NCBI GenBank assembly: GCA_039621445.1
Contig: CP154954.1
Span: forward strand, 22,084,954 to 22,148,953
Length of the DNA stretch: 64,000 nt
Source: Euglena gracilis
Taxonomy: Eukaryota
Direction: 5' to 3'
In this document: positions 12,199 to 26,313 of the stretch, in pieces
Position numbering within the stretch: position 1 is the stretch's first letter
How the letters are laid out: each line of letters opens with the position of its first letter
The notes under the pieces: generated by a model
The model's input: only the letters and a program-made list of their open reading frames with translations
Told to the model about the DNA's origin: nothing
Databases searched by the model: none
Program-made: the position numbers and the translations under genes

Positions 12199-14496
12199 TT
12201 AGCGCAATATTACGCGATTTACATGAAGGATTTCGCGAAAATCGCGGTACCACTGACGCGACAACTCAAAAATCGCGCTTCTGACAATACAAAGATACAA
12301 TGGTATGATACAATGCGAGAGTCGCTAACGACAATTAAACAACTGATGTTGGACAATGTTGTACTTGACATTGCTGACCCGTACAAACCATACGTACTGG
12401 AGGTCGACAGCAGCGACTATGCTGTCGGCGGTGTGTTGAGTCAACATAACTCGTCCAATGAACTGCGCCCTGTAGCATTCTTCAGCAGAAAACTACAAGG
12501 TGAAGACGGAAAAGGACAAGTCAAATGGAGCATACGAGAAAAGGAGACATATGCCATTGTCCTTATCCTACAAAAATTCCGAAGTTGGGTCGCCAGTTCA
12601 CTCGTACAAATGCTAGTGTTGACAGACCATGAGTCTCTCCAACACTGGTACACCGAAGACTTGAACAAAGCCATGTCCTCAGTTGGCCGAAGATGCCGAT
12701 GGCACGAATTTTTGAGTCAATTCAACCTGGTGGTAGTTTACACACCAGGTCATACTCAAAAAGTTGCTGACCTACTCTCCCGTGCACCCTGGCATTACCC
12801 TGGTAACCCTGACGAGGGTGATGCCACGTTCCAACGAAGTCGTGAAGCCGATGAATTCGCAAGGCGCGCGGACGCCGCTGACAATTTACTTGACAACTTT
12901 CCTGTCTCGCGGATTTGGCGGCGGATGCTGATAGCCCCCGTACGGGGAAAACGACAACGCGGCAGAATGCCGGGCCCCCGCCGGGTCACGCGATCCGAAT
13001 CCCCATCCCCTCTCTTCTTTCGAGAATGAGATTATTCCAAGGATGATTTTTACAATGCTGTCGTACAAGGATTGCGTAATGGTGAATTGGTTGAGATTTA
13101 TACCTTATCGCCTTTACGTTTGATTTTTCGGAATGATACAGGTTACAAGTACTGCGTACCCTGTGACTTAGTTGTTGACGTACTTTTATGTTATCACAAC
13201 CACGGTCACCCTGGGGCCCCCAAACTTCTTTCTTTGGTGGGTCGCAGGTATTGTACAACCCTGACCGAAAAAGATTTGTACAAGCGCTGTTTACAAATTT
13301 CGCAACGGTGCCAAATTTGTCAAGCTGTGAAACCGCGCAGAGGTACCCCCCCTGGTACGTTGGACTTCTGCCCCGTACCAAATGACATTTTTACATCCCT
13401 CTGCGTGGATTTTCTGGAACTTGAACCTTGCAAAGGAACAGATGACAAAATTTACGATTACATTCTTGTTGTCGTCTGTCGGCTGAGTGGGTACATTGTA
13501 GCCATTCCATGCCAGAAAGCAGGGTTGACAGCACAAGTTTTGGCACAAATGTTTTTAGAAAGATGCATTTGCCTCATAGGTTTACCGAATGAAATCGTGA
13601 GTGATCAAGACCATTTGATGTCTTCCCGATTTTTTACAACTCTTTGCGGTTTACTCGGAATTGAGCAGCATTTTTCTATCATTTATCGTCCAAAAGGCAA
13701 TGGTCGCGCTGAAGCGGCAGTGAAAGCTGTAGTCAACATGCTAAGACTTTCACTGGCCGAATCGCACAATGCCTGGCTACAAGTATTACCCTGGTGTTTA
13801 TTTTATATTAACACTTTACCGGGTCTGATATTACTCACCATACAAAATTTATACTCACCGTACAAAATCGTCTTCGGACGTGATCCCCCAGCCATTGGCG
13901 ACATCCCGTCAGAACGACCTGCTCGTTCTAGCGTGAGTTGCGAAACATGGTTCTCCGAAGTAGAATCATTGCGCACGGATGTGCAAAAGCGCGTAGTCGC
14001 TATACATTTACAAAAACAAAAAAAATTCTTACAAGATTACAAATCACAGATATACAACCCAGGTGACCGCGTGTGGGTTCGGAACAGCAGAACCCGCATG
14101 CAATCCACGATATTGGACCCCCTCTGGATTGGACCATGTGAGATCCTCGATCGGTTGGGTACAAGTGGGCGTAACAAAGTCGCTTTACCCAACGGGGTTG
14201 AGGATGTGCACATGGATGCCTTCAAACCATACCTGACTCCAGCAAACGGTAAAGCAATACCCTGCCTCTACTTTAAACCACGGTCAAAACTGCCTGAAAC
14301 AGATGATTTTGTCGTTGACAAAATCCTCGACCACAAGGTAGACAGGGGTATACATTACTGGAAGGTGAGGTGGAAAGGCTATGGTCCCGAAGAGGACACC
14401 CGGGAACCAGCAACTAGTTTTGTTGGTTACATCCAACAAGAGTGGAAGCTATGGAACAAACGAAACAACATTGACATTTCTGTAAATGCCTTCTAA
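12199..14496 (+). pseudogene. pol: RT connection, RNase H, integrase (HHCC, DDE) and chromodomain of element A
   Basis: LAQYY, LEVDSSDYAVGGVLSQ, EKETYA, TDHESL, VADLLSR; HNHGHPG...CQICQ; VDF, IVSDQD, NGRAE; chromodomain. Confidence 0.95.
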
Positions 14497-14793
14497 GGGA
14501 GGATATACAAAGATGTCCAAGATTTTGTCCATGGCATGGACTTTTGACAACGTGTATATAGGCGGATGCCAAACCATTTTGTCCCTAGCGAAGGACTTTT
14601 CGCTAAAGGACTACGGTCCTATACAACCAATTTTTACACTTGGAGCTACAATTTTGATTTTACAATTATTGCAAACATACAAATATTTTGTGTTTGTGTA
14701 CACTTGGTTGCATGCGTACAATGTTACCGTACAATGCCTTATTTCTCTGTTTCCCCACAGCTCAGCACTTGCTACTATCTGCTTTTTTTCAAG

Positions 14794-17700
14794 ATGGATG
14801 CTGGAGGAAGGGGACCTGGTCCCCCATCCTCCCAACCGTATGTTCCCCCTGGACAACCTCCTACGGGAGGACCCCCTCACCCACAACCTCCTTCGGGAGG
14901 ACGAGGACTTGCACTCCCTTGCGGAGGGCAAGTCCCTGTTCGGCATGTACAAGCTGCTCCGGCAGCAAGGCCCGTAGTGGCAAATCCCCCTGTGACTCAA
15001 CATGCGGTTCCGCATGTTGCTCCAGAGCAAACGAAACTTGGTGGCTTACAATCTCGACCTATGATTCCACAACAAACGGAATCTGCCTATGAACAGTTTG
15101 CGGTGCCGCAACCGCGGCCCCCGAGGAGATACGATCTGGCTAGTAGCAGTAGCCAACGCGCTGCTTTTGCGGCGGTAGAACAACAATATATCAAATCTGA
15201 ACAACGACAATGGGCTGAACAACTACGTAGTCATTATTACCCCGCACAACCTCCACAAGGGCAGTATGCCGCACAACCTCCACAAGGGCAGTATGCCGCA
15301 CAACCACCACAAGGGCAGTATGCCACACAACCAGAACCTCCACAACGGCAGTATGCCGCTCCCGTTATGCCTCGGTTCCCCAAGTACATGGGTGAACTGA
15401 CAACGGCATCAACAGATACAATTCGTAACGCTCTGTGCATGTGCTCAGAGGACAGACCGGATCCCTTCATCCGAGTGATGTGGGATTCGTACTGCCGACA
15501 ATTGCTTGCAATCGCCAACAAGCCTATCGCCACCTGGGACATGTGGTCCCAGAGTATGATAGCAGGTAGTATCTTCTTCCAATCCGGAGAATTCGGATTT
15601 CCAGACAACGTAACCCTCAGGGACCTGTCAGTCCCGGTCCCGCCTGTGCTCCGCGGAGTGCACCCAGTGGGTGCTTACGCGGAACACATGCGCCGCTATA
15701 CTCCTGAACTCACAGAAAGTGAGATGGGTGATGTCCAAATGCAAGAACCAATATACTTACCACAACAACGTTTTTCCTCCGCCCAACGCATGCCACCTGC
15801 CAGGAACTGGGAGATTGGTATGCCATCACAATAGGCTATGCAGGCCGAAGAGCCATACGATGAAAAATATACCGACGAGATGGCCGAAGAGCCTTATGAC
15901 GAGTATACAACGGCAGAACCAGAGCCGGAGTATACCATTGAAACAGACGAATCACCTCAACCAGCCTCTCAACCACTACAACCCGTACAAACTCAACCAT
16001 CGGTACAATCTCAACCGACAACCCCCGCCGTACCGCTGCCGGAACCGACAGCGATACGGGTTGTCGGAGAAAACCCCCTGCGTCCCGTAGTGGACAATAT
16101 TCACTATGAACGAGTACCACAATCTGCGGATTTCGCTTACACAACCAACAATACCTTCCCCTTGACAAAATTTACGAACTTGGATCCCATTTGGGAGCCA
16201 TCAACGTAAAAGGAGTGATAATGGATGGCATTGGTCCAAACTCCAAAATTTTGGGTATACCCACCTGGGCACTTCCCGAAGTTTTGCGTTTGAATGCACC
16301 ACCACATCCACCTGGTCCAATGGAACAACTCGCTTCGGCGTCGAATTTTGTGCCGCCAGTAGCTCAACCTACTCCGGCACCACAAACAAAACCGGTACAA
16401 GCAGTTTCCACTGCACAGTCAACATCTACTCCGCCTGCCGCATCAGCAGCAGGTTCAAACCAACCTGTACCTTTAAAAAGAACAGGACCCCCTGCTCAAG
16501 CCGCGCAGTCGGCACGAGCAAAAGCAACCGCACAATCTACAATTTCTGTTCGAGCACCTCCTGTTACAACCGTTTCACAACCGACACCTTCACAACCGGC
16601 TTCGGCTGGACAGACACAACCACCTGTTGAACCGGGACAACCTTTCTCGGGTCAACCCAGGTTTGAGTTGCCAGCACAACGTGCCAGGTACAAGGAAGCT
16701 CTACAACATTTGACGGCCCCAGCAAAACCTTACAATGTTGACGCGCGCAAACGTCCGCGTGGACCGGAGTTTGCAACACCACCACAAACACGTCCAACAC
16801 CAGACACACAACGTCGTCGTTTGGACGATGCCCCACAAAGCACCCAGTCGCAACGGGATCGTCAGGAAAGCGATGACCTGCCGATCCCGCCCAACGTACA
16901 ACGATCTTTATACGAAATGTATCACCAAATGCGTCAAGACAAACCGTCCGATGACATTGCTGGACATTACACCGCTGGTGTAACCGTTACAATGTGGAGA
17001 AAAACACGAGCAATCCGGAAAGACGGTGCATACCGTTGGAATGAACAAGAGCGCGAAGCCGCAAAAGGACAGAAGGGCCAGAAAGGCAAAAGAAAGAGCG
17101 AAGGCCCTACAACTGGGTTACGACCTGGACGTACAATTCATGATTGACCATCTGTTCTGGATCTCAGACGGACGTGATACAATCATGCACGAGTACTATG
17201 AGGAACAACACCCTTCGGTTGTTGCTCCTGAAGTACATCACAACATGGTCAAACTCTACAAGGAAAAAGCCCGTGGCTTTTTCTTCGACGGTACAATTTC
17301 CTGTTACGAAAGCCAGGATGGCATCGACAATTTGCTGGGTTTCTGGCAACTACTTTTCTGGCTCGGATTTCATTGCATGAACTTCGGTTCATTTGCAATG
17401 CCCGCCAGCAAAGCGCACTACTTGCCACATCCAAAGCTACAATACGGATGGGTATCGTCCCTTGATGCACTGAAGACAATGTTCGACAGTATCCGAGAAA
17501 TCGGACCACAAGGCATACAATGGGAAGTATTCCCACTTCCAAAGGATATACAATTGGTGACACACGAAATGTTCTGTTACAATTACCAAATTTTCCTCAA
17601 CGAACACTACGGCCCCCACTTCCAAGTGGTCGGAATCGACCTGACATACCCACAAAAATTCGTCGTTTGGTGCACCCACTGCCTCCACAAGTTCCCGGTG

Positions 17701-20700
17701 GACTTCTGGGGTTTTGGCGTGCGCGGTCGGACAACCGACCGCCCAAACGCACAAAGGGCGCAGCCCCACCAACGCGAATGGGCGGAGGCCCAACAACAAC
17801 GAAGACTGCTTGGACACATCTGCCACAATACCCTCGAAGTCAGGGAAATCGGATACGCCAGACGAAACCACCGACAAATGCTTCTGCACATGCAGACGTT
17901 CCAATGGAGAGCATGGGTGTCCTATGCTCTGGAAATCTACAATTTATTCAACCCAAAACAACTACTCCCACAAGAATACCTCCCTCTTCGACCTGAATGG
18001 GACGAAGACGGAAAACGGAGTACATTGAACGCCTATTTGGCGAAACCCTCCGAAGAGAGGACTTTGCCCCATTTTTCAAGGGCAAACGTACAAATAAGGA
18101 TGGGTTGGCCATCCCAATACTGGACTGGCTTCCTCGCGGATCGGGAGGAAACAAATTTGTCGGATGGCAAAACTTCCGTCTGCGACCACGTATAAAACTC
18201 CCTGAACCCCAGCCGGCGCAGTCCGAAGCAGCGCAGTCTGCAGTTGAACAACCTCCAACGGCTGCATCATCTACAACGACAACAGCCAAAGCAGCAGCGA
18301 AACCTGCAACCAAACGGTCGGAAGAACGTATGCCACAACCTCCACCTTCACCTACAATGTCTGTGGAACACACTCCCGTACATTCTTCAGACTCTTCGTC
18401 CGTTTCCTCCTCTGGGTCATCCAGCGATGAGGAAATGGAAGAACGGACAGACCATGAACACAGTACACGATCCGTCTCCTCCGCATCTGTGGAGTCTGAA
18501 CCCGAAGATGCCGGCGTACAACATGCTCTAAGTGCCGAAGGGCCAGCTACAACGCCTGCTCAAACACGGCCACAAACACCATTGCCAGACGCGAAACCTG
18601 ACGCGCCTACATAATTTACAATGGCCGAAGTGCCTGCAGACTCCACAACGGCCGCAGCGCCTTCGGCAGACGTGGATCCACCTACTCCCACACATGCGGA
18701 AGCTGGACAAGAAGCAACTGATGCTGAGATACTCGCATTTCGCGAACTGATCACAAGACAACAACGGGAAGGTATCGAAAGATACCAAAGCCCCGACGAC
18801 TTTATACTCATACCACCACAAGTTGGACGCGCTGCCAAACGCGTCCTCGGAAGCGTCCGAAGTGGCGTAGCCTCGATGGTTGCAATGGTGCGATCGAGGT
18901 CTTCTTCTTCAACGCGAAGTCCCCGTGACACGGGACTTGGCGAGAAACCCACACCAGAAGCTACGGCTTCCACCACAGCACCGGCAGCAGACGCGGCCAG
19001 TTCTACTCCCGATGTCCAAACACCCGAAGTGGTGACAACCACGGCATCGACTACGGTCGAAACAACACCACCACATGATATAACACCCGTAGTGGTACAC
19101 ACACCTGAACAGGTGGTACCGACGGTTCCTGACGTACCACCTACCACCACACCAACGGTCAAACCTGCTCCAAAGTCGCCTGCAGAACGCCTCCTTCCGC
19201 CACAGCGGAAAGAGAAAGGCAGTAAGCCTAAGGCTAAACCACAGCCTGCAGAACCGTGCAAACCTGCTGAACGACACAACGAACCAAAATCACCTCCACC
19301 TGGGAGGGGTAGCAAATCAGGAAAGCGGGCGAAGACCCCAGCTGCTACCACACCAGCACCAACATATACCGAAGTGGCCGGGAAAAGCCGGGTCACTTCT
19401 ACCCTCCGAGGTAGAACTCGACAAGATACAACGTCTGAGACCTCGCAAGAGGAAAACATGCCGGTTGACGATAATGCCACCCTTTGGCAAGAGGACATTA
19501 TCTCCAACCTGCCGAGCGTCGAAGAACGCATTGCCATGATACAATCAGCCCGCGAACGCGGAATTTTGTTGAACAAGTGGATTGAACCACTCTTCTTCAA
19601 CGACCAGAAGCATAACTATTATGTTCGCCATAGTTGGCGATTCTACAATGCCAGATCACCAAGAGTGTTTGCCCAATACCTTGGGGAAACATTCGTGTTT
19701 GACAATAGGCCGAATGGTCAAACAACTTGGCTCTGTACTGTCTGTCACAACATTCGTAACAGCATGCCAGCTGTGCATGTCTGTTGAGCTGACAACAAAC
19801 GGAAAAATTTTCACCACAACGAGTTCGTTCCAAATACAGCCGCTTTGATTTGCGGTGATTGCATCCTTGCCTGGAGAAAACTGAACAACTTCCGGTGGTC
19901 GGAAGAAGACAGAGACCGTCACGTACCAATTTTCTGTGTCAACTGCCCACGGGCAGACATATGGTTGCCCGCAGATGGCAGAAATCTCAAGATCGTACCC
20001 GGAAGCGAGGACGTTCTGGAAGATTTCCTGAATTTCTACAAAACAAAACGACAAATGTACCAACACAAAAGTTTCAAGAAAGCTGAGGCTTTTGACCGCG
20101 GCGGAATCGCCTTTGACTGCCAAACTGATTCTGGCGGAATCAGACTTGCTCTGGAATGTACAAAAGCGCGATTGCCCCTACTCTTCAATGATGATGACTG
20201 GAAACGAGTCATTTACCCACTGTTTACAAAGCCTTCAACGGTTTCGGAAACCACACAACGATGGTTATTGCCTGACTATTATATATAATATATATAATAT
20301 ATTATTGGTGGTGGATTATAATATATATAAACAATTGGTGGATATATATATATAGAGATATAATCTAGATATATTGGTGGATTATATATATATAGTCCAC
20401 CTGAACGACATGATTACGAACATTATTCAGAATGGGTTGGAACCATTCTGAAACCACACATAACCCGCTGTGCCTGTGCATCCCGCGCGCACAACGTTGA
20501 TTTCAACGCTCTGCCTGGGATGCCACCACAGGTACCAGCAAACCATCCAAGATGGAACTATTACATATGGCCTGCAACTTTTCCGAGAGTTTTCTGGGAA
20601 AATTTGCAGCTTTACCTCCACAAGCGAGCTGAAACGCTCAAAACCGAACTGCCCAAGGAAATACAAGAACTCAAAAGTTGGGTGATCCCACGGACCAACA

Positions 20701-21050
20701 TGGATGATCCTGACAAGGATACCCTAGACTTACGTCCAACTGAAATGACCTTGGTACAAGACCCACACATGGGTGAGTACTTCAAGAAATCCCACAAACG
20801 TTGAGGGTTTCCTGCCTCGTACAAGCAGCTACGGCTGAACTGGGCGTAGTCCCACATAATGAGCGAAGTCTCGAGCGTGAATACGCACTTCACCATCGCG
20901 TTCAACACCGCTTCAAGACACAATGGCGGAATCGCCTTAAGTTCGGTCGATAACACGTTGATCGCGAAGATTCAAGACTACAAAGACACTACGGTGTCAA
21001 GTAAGAAGACGCACAAAGCACAGCATACGCGCCAGAATTCTTTTGCGCTT
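14794..21050 (+). pseudogene. Accessory coding region of element A, copy 2 (longer open segments: 14566-15834, 17026-18195, 18621-19787)
   Basis: Homologous to 5965-12197 and lies directly after the chromodomain stop. Confidence 0.7.
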
Positions 21051-21149
21051 TGTGCTCCAAACACGGTAACCGTAATTGGGAACCAGACCATGGTATTCTG
21101 GTACTGCCTCCCTGAACCTGGGTTTGTGCCTGGCATCCCGACGGGCCTG

Positions 21150-24100
21150 GTTCAGAAGGGAAATCAGGCAGAGCCCTGGGAGGGGGATGTGTTCCAGGCA
21201 GCCATTCTGCCATGGCACTGTGTACCAGATACAATGGGATACGGCCTACAATCTGGCAACGGCCGGGCTGTACACAGTGGCATGGTTAAACCATAAGACA
21301 AAGAGAGAATCTCAGAGCTAGCGAAAGCTTAGCGAAAGTAACTGGTTCCTAATTCAAGGTTATTGGGTTTGGTGCTTTGCAATTCTGTTTTAGAATTCTG
21401 AGGGCGAAGTCCCATTTGAATACAAGTTTTATTTCTTTCTTTTACAAAGCTCGAAAGAGCAAAAGTCACTTTCATATAAGGGACTGCGGTCCCACCAATT
21501 CTTCTGCTTGTGTGCTTTGCATTCAAAAGGGGAAAAGGGAAGCAAATTTTATTGTTACTCCCCCCACGGGCTTTTCGGGAGGAAAGCATAATTAGAAAAT
21601 CCGGGGTGGGACGTACACTTCGAGACCCAGGTCCCGCCGTGTGAGTCCTGAACGATCCTGTACGGGCAGAGGGCATACCGCGGGGATTGTTCGGCGCGCG
21701 CAATTGCGCAAATGGACTGGTTGGCCGGACCATGTGCGCAGTTCCCTGCCTGAGGACGAGCCACGGCAAGGAATATGAGCTGACCCGTGGCCGTCCAACG
21801 GCGGGTGGTGACAATCAACGTAAACAGGTACTCGCCGCGGTACTCTACACCAAGCGGTGTACATGGCGGTCCACACTCTACCCCGCAGCCTCACAATTTT
21901 TGTGGTAATTGATCTCACCTACTCGGAACTTCGGCTCGGAGTGATCCTCCTTGGCCGGCCCCCCCCCAAAAAAGTCACCACTTTCTCCCCAGGACGATGT
22001 CACGTTGTGTTGTAAATGGCTCTCACCCAACGCGAACGGGGTGCACTTTCTCACCTTCCCAAAACTTCGGCTCCGAGTGTTCCTCCTAGGCAGCGTCGTC
22101 GAAGAGATGCCATTTTTTCGATGTATCATTCTTTTTCGTATTGCAAATCCGAATCCGAGTTTTGCGAATGAGCCCCGATGTTGAGGCATAAACTGAAGCT
22201 CCAAGTGCGACAACAATCAGAAGACGATGGGACAGGGAGGGTGGTGAAGATGAAGACTTCGACATAAGCTGCCAAGTTGAAGCTTGGGTCACTACAAGAT
22301 GATTGCTCAGTGATTGTCGACACATGGGTATGTGCTGGTGATGTTGTTGCTCTCCCTGCCACTGCACAGGAATTAGTGCTCCCTCAGGGAGGAACATTTA
22401 GATTTCTCCTCTCTCTGAGTTCCCCTTAGTCAGTCTTTTTATTTCCCACGCATCAAAAGCCAATTTGTTTCAAAACAGCTTTTCGGCAAAACGGCAAGAA
22501 AAGCCTTTTCGCCTACGGCAAACCGGCGAAAATGCGTTTCGCCTCTCGGAGAACGATGGAAAAGCCTTTTTGCAACCAAAATGTAAGAAAAATGTCAAAA
22601 GGCATAAAAGCCGAAATGACAAACATACGGGTGAGAACATTTCATGGGTGACATTCCCTCATGATACGAGGCCTTCGGCCACCTCCATTGTCAGTTTATG
22701 ATGTAACAAGTTGCTTCACAGGCATCTGTGAGTGTTTGACGAAGGTAGGTGGTCAACCAGACAAACCTTTCAAATTCAAGGTTATAGATTCTGGTGCTTC
22801 GCAATCTTCTTTTACAATTTGTGGACGACGATCAATTTTGAAATATAGTTGAATTCTTCATTTGACAAGGCTCGAAGGAGCAAAAGTTACTTTCATACAA
22901 CGGACTGTGTTCCCGCTCTTCCCCCTTGGTTTTGTGAATTGGAGCAAAAGGATAAAACGGAAGGTAACTTCATTGTTACTCCCCCCCGGGCTTTTCGTGG
23001 GAAAGGGATAAGCGTAAAAACGGGCTGGACATACACTTTGTAGCAGAACACTGTTTAGGTAAAGGAAAATTAGAGTATCAAAAGTATCCCTTTGTTTCAA
23101 TTCCCTTATGCTAAGGCAAAACACCAGGAAAGACGGTGTGAAAGGATTTTTCTTCACAATCGTGTTCGGCTTGTTTTGAGGGGCTTCCGCTTGCTTGGAA
23201 TTAATCACAACTTGAAGAATAAGCTCACGCGACAACGTGAGGTACGTGTCGCGACATCCCATAGGATCTGCCATGATCGTCACGGTGTGCACGTACACAG
23301 CCGTAGGACTGGGACAATCCAAACTCTGTAGGTCTCCCAAATAGATGGGATTGTGCTTGGTACACATGCCTCCCAGGGCTATGCCCAAATTCCTTCTTGG
23401 ACCAGGTCTTCCCAGGTCCCGCCAGAATTTCAGACACAGTCCTGATCGGGTTCCGTTTTCCAAAACACGGGATCCATTTTCTCCGCAGGGGCGCAACCCA
23501 AATCCGAAAAAACGCAAAAGGGTTACCGCTTATCGCGGTTACCTATTAGCCGTTTCGACTTAGGGGTGCAAATAAGCCCAGTGGGGGGAAATGGGGCTGG
23601 CAGGTTTCCTGTCACAGAAGCATCCCATCCAAAGACACGCAGGGTTGGTCAAGCGTATTCGCTGAATGCCCGAGGGGAGACGTGGGCAGGCTTCTGTCCT
23701 GGTCATACCCGGATAGGGCGCCAAGGTAGGAGTGGTAGGCAGGCTTAGGCCAAATAGAATTTTTGATTGGCAGCCTTATGGGGCCTTGGGGACCAAAGTG
23801 ACAACTTTGGCCCATTAGTCCATCCTGTGCCATGTGACACTTATCGGTCAACCATCGATTTCCGGCTTCCAAGGTCTTCACACCAGAACCTCGTTCAGGG
23901 CGGGATAAGAGGCACTTGCATCCCGTAGACGGTTTCCATGCACACGGTGGTTGAGTGCGAGGTGCACCAGGCAACCATTCTGCCATGGCACTGTGTACCA
24001 GATAGAATGGGCTACGGGCCTAAAGTCTGGAAACGGCCGGGCCGTACACACTACTATGGTTAAGCAAAAGACAAAGAGAGAATCTCAGAGCAAGCGAAAG

Positions 24101-24780
24101 CTTAGCGAAAGTAAATGGTTCCTAATTCAAGATTACAGGGTTTGAGTGTACGTCCAAAGCTTTCCCTTTTTCCCCTTTTGGGACTTTCTGTAAAAGCCTT
24201 TCGCTTTCGCCTTGATGCGCAGCCTACTTATGAAAGAGAAAAGTCTTTGGAGTACAAAAAGTGGTTTTCCCCTTTTGTTCCCAATTCCCCAAGAGGCAAA
24301 GCATAAGACAACGACTTCAGATGTTTCCTCTGAAGTCAAGTTCAGTTGTTCGAAAGTTTTTCCCTCTGACGAATGAAACTGTGAAACTTGTGAACAATGA
24401 AACAAAGGAATACCACCTGTGGGGGAAGGAGAGAAAAGTGCTGACGTGTCCAGTGGCAGATCCCAGAAGGGTCGGCCACGATCTTACCAACTGTGGTTTC
24501 CACAGTGGTGCCATCGTCACTGAACCCACTCTGCAGATATCATATAGAGCTGGGACACGCCTGGTACACATCCCCCTCCCAGGGCTACGCCCGATTTCCT
24601 TCATGGACCAGGGATTCCCAGGTCGAGACAAGATATCTGATGCTTCCCCGGTGGGGTTCACTACTACTCCATTTGGTGTCTCTCCTTTCCGCACAGTGGC
24701 ATCCACCCAAAGCCCAAAAACGCGCAAAAGCCGCGTTTCGCGGTTACCTGCTAGCCGTTTCGGCTTAGGTGGGGTGTGAA
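21150..24780. repeat. Mosaic of fragments from an unidentified degenerate repeat family
   Basis: 21193-21370 resembles 23967-24143; 21360-21620 resembles 22775-23040; 23355-23565 resembles 24558-24772; 21160-21198 is inverted relative to 24560-24598. Confidence 0.7.
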
Positions 24781-25469
24781 AAAGAGTTCTCTGAGTGTCA
24801 CTTTTCACTGAAATCCTTCGAAATGCCAGATTTGACATTCAAAATACCAAACTTCTGAAATTCTTCCTCCGGAACTTCCACCAGTAAAAACTGACCAGAG
24901 GCATCAAATCAAAGTCTTCCAAGACGAATGAGGCAAGGTATTCAGCTTTGTTGCCACCTACAAAGATAGGAGGCATTTTTGCTGTATGTGAGTGGTCCAG
25001 GTGCATTTTTATAGTCACATGAAATCACAGGCTGAAGCCTAATTCAAACAGGCAGATCATATTTGACACAGAAAATGATGGTGCTGTCTGTAGGTGGCTG
25101 TCAACATACACTGTTCACTCTGTTGTCGGGATTACTTTCCTGAGATTTGATTTGTTTCATTTTGTCTGCGGCGCAAGTTTATTTCAAGTTTGGTCATTGC
25201 TACTTGAAGTGGCAATTTGGGACAGAGATTTCAGTGAAAGGGATGTCAAGTAAAGGAAGGGGCTCCAGAAGTCAGGTCCGTGGTAGGGGGACCTCGGACT
25301 TTCATGAACAGTGTATTAGGACTGTACCCCGGTCCAGTTCGAACAGGGGACGCCATCGAGATGTACAGCCAGATTTGGTGAGATGTCGTTCTGTTGCCTG
25401 CCAGACAGATTCTCTGAGACTGGAATCCGTGGCTTGCCAGACATCTGGCAAAAGGCGGACAAGGGCCAG

Positions 25470-26300
25470 TGTCGGCCGCCGGCTTTCGCCGGCAGCCAAA
25501 AATTGCCAGAAAGCGCAACTTTCAAAGTCGCGGGTAACAGCCAATCAGTTAGAGAAACCCGCGACACAAATTGGAAGCGGGTCAAATTACTTTGCGCTTT
25601 CAAATTCATCTTTTTTACAGAACTTGAGGGGTTTTCCCCATTATTTGGCAAAGAGGAAATACATTGAATTGGATTTGATCAATCACATTGTTGAATTGGA
25701 ATTGACAGATACATTGTTGGGTCATTACATTGTTGGTGGAGTTATTGAAGTCAATTTGGTATTGAAATCAAGAAGCAGACCCTACAACACCGCCACCCTC
25801 ACCGCCGCTTCTATTCCCTATACCCCTCTTCCTTGCCCCAGGTTGTTTTTTTACAACATTCAGTCACTCTCACAGATTTCCAACAGTTTGATTGCTTCTC
25901 CAGTGGGTTGGGATTCATTTCAGATTCAGTGGGTCGGTTTGTGGGTTGGTTTGTGCAAGAGAGTGTGTGAGAGAGAAACAGAGAAAAGTGAGATTTCAGA
26001 GAGAAAAGTTCGATTTCATTGCAAATGGCAGATTTTTCGGTGTTCACCAAAATTTGGAAACCCATAAAAAAACGATCCTACGCGTCGGCTGGGGTAGGGG
26101 GAACACCTGGGTGAAAAAAAGGGAGTTGGCCTGAGCCCACCAATTCTCAGAAAAAAGCACAGGCCCCACCCCGGAAACACCCACCCCCCTGCTGTCGGTG
26201 GTTTTCCACGACGGCGAGGACCGCCCCGGGCCCTCGGCCCACCGGGACTCGCCGGTCGCGGGGGCGACCGGCGGCGCACAGGGGGTGGGGCCGGTAAACT
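25470..26300 (+). repeat. 5' LTR of element B
   Basis: tgtcggccgccggctttcgcc...ggggccggtaaac, nearly identical to 37188-38016. Confidence 0.95.
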
Positions 26301-26313
26301 TGGTTAGCAGAGG
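26301..26313 (+). promoter_or_regulatory. Primer-binding site, initiator tRNA-Met-like
   Basis: TGGTTAGCAGAGG directly after the LTR; resembles TGGTAGCAGAGG, the complement of an iMet tRNA 3' end, with one extra T. Confidence 0.7.

Larger units (their letters stand above)
1..21050 (+). mobile_element. Decayed Ty3/Gypsy LTR retrotransposon with chromodomain (element A); no LTR seen in window, 3' boundary approximate
   Basis: Order gag(CCHC)-PR(DTG)-MTase-RT(YIDD)-RNase H-integrase-chromodomain; RT before IN is the Ty3/Gypsy order; many premature stops. Confidence 0.9.

Noticed and set aside
1-21050. DIRS element, suggested by the Dam-like domain
   Set aside because: Has an aspartic protease and a DDE integrase with chromodomain; no tyrosine recombinase seen.
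25147-26067. 306-aa ORF as a gene
   Set aside because: It straddles the flank/LTR junction and is broken by a stop in the 3' LTR copy; no recognisable motifs.
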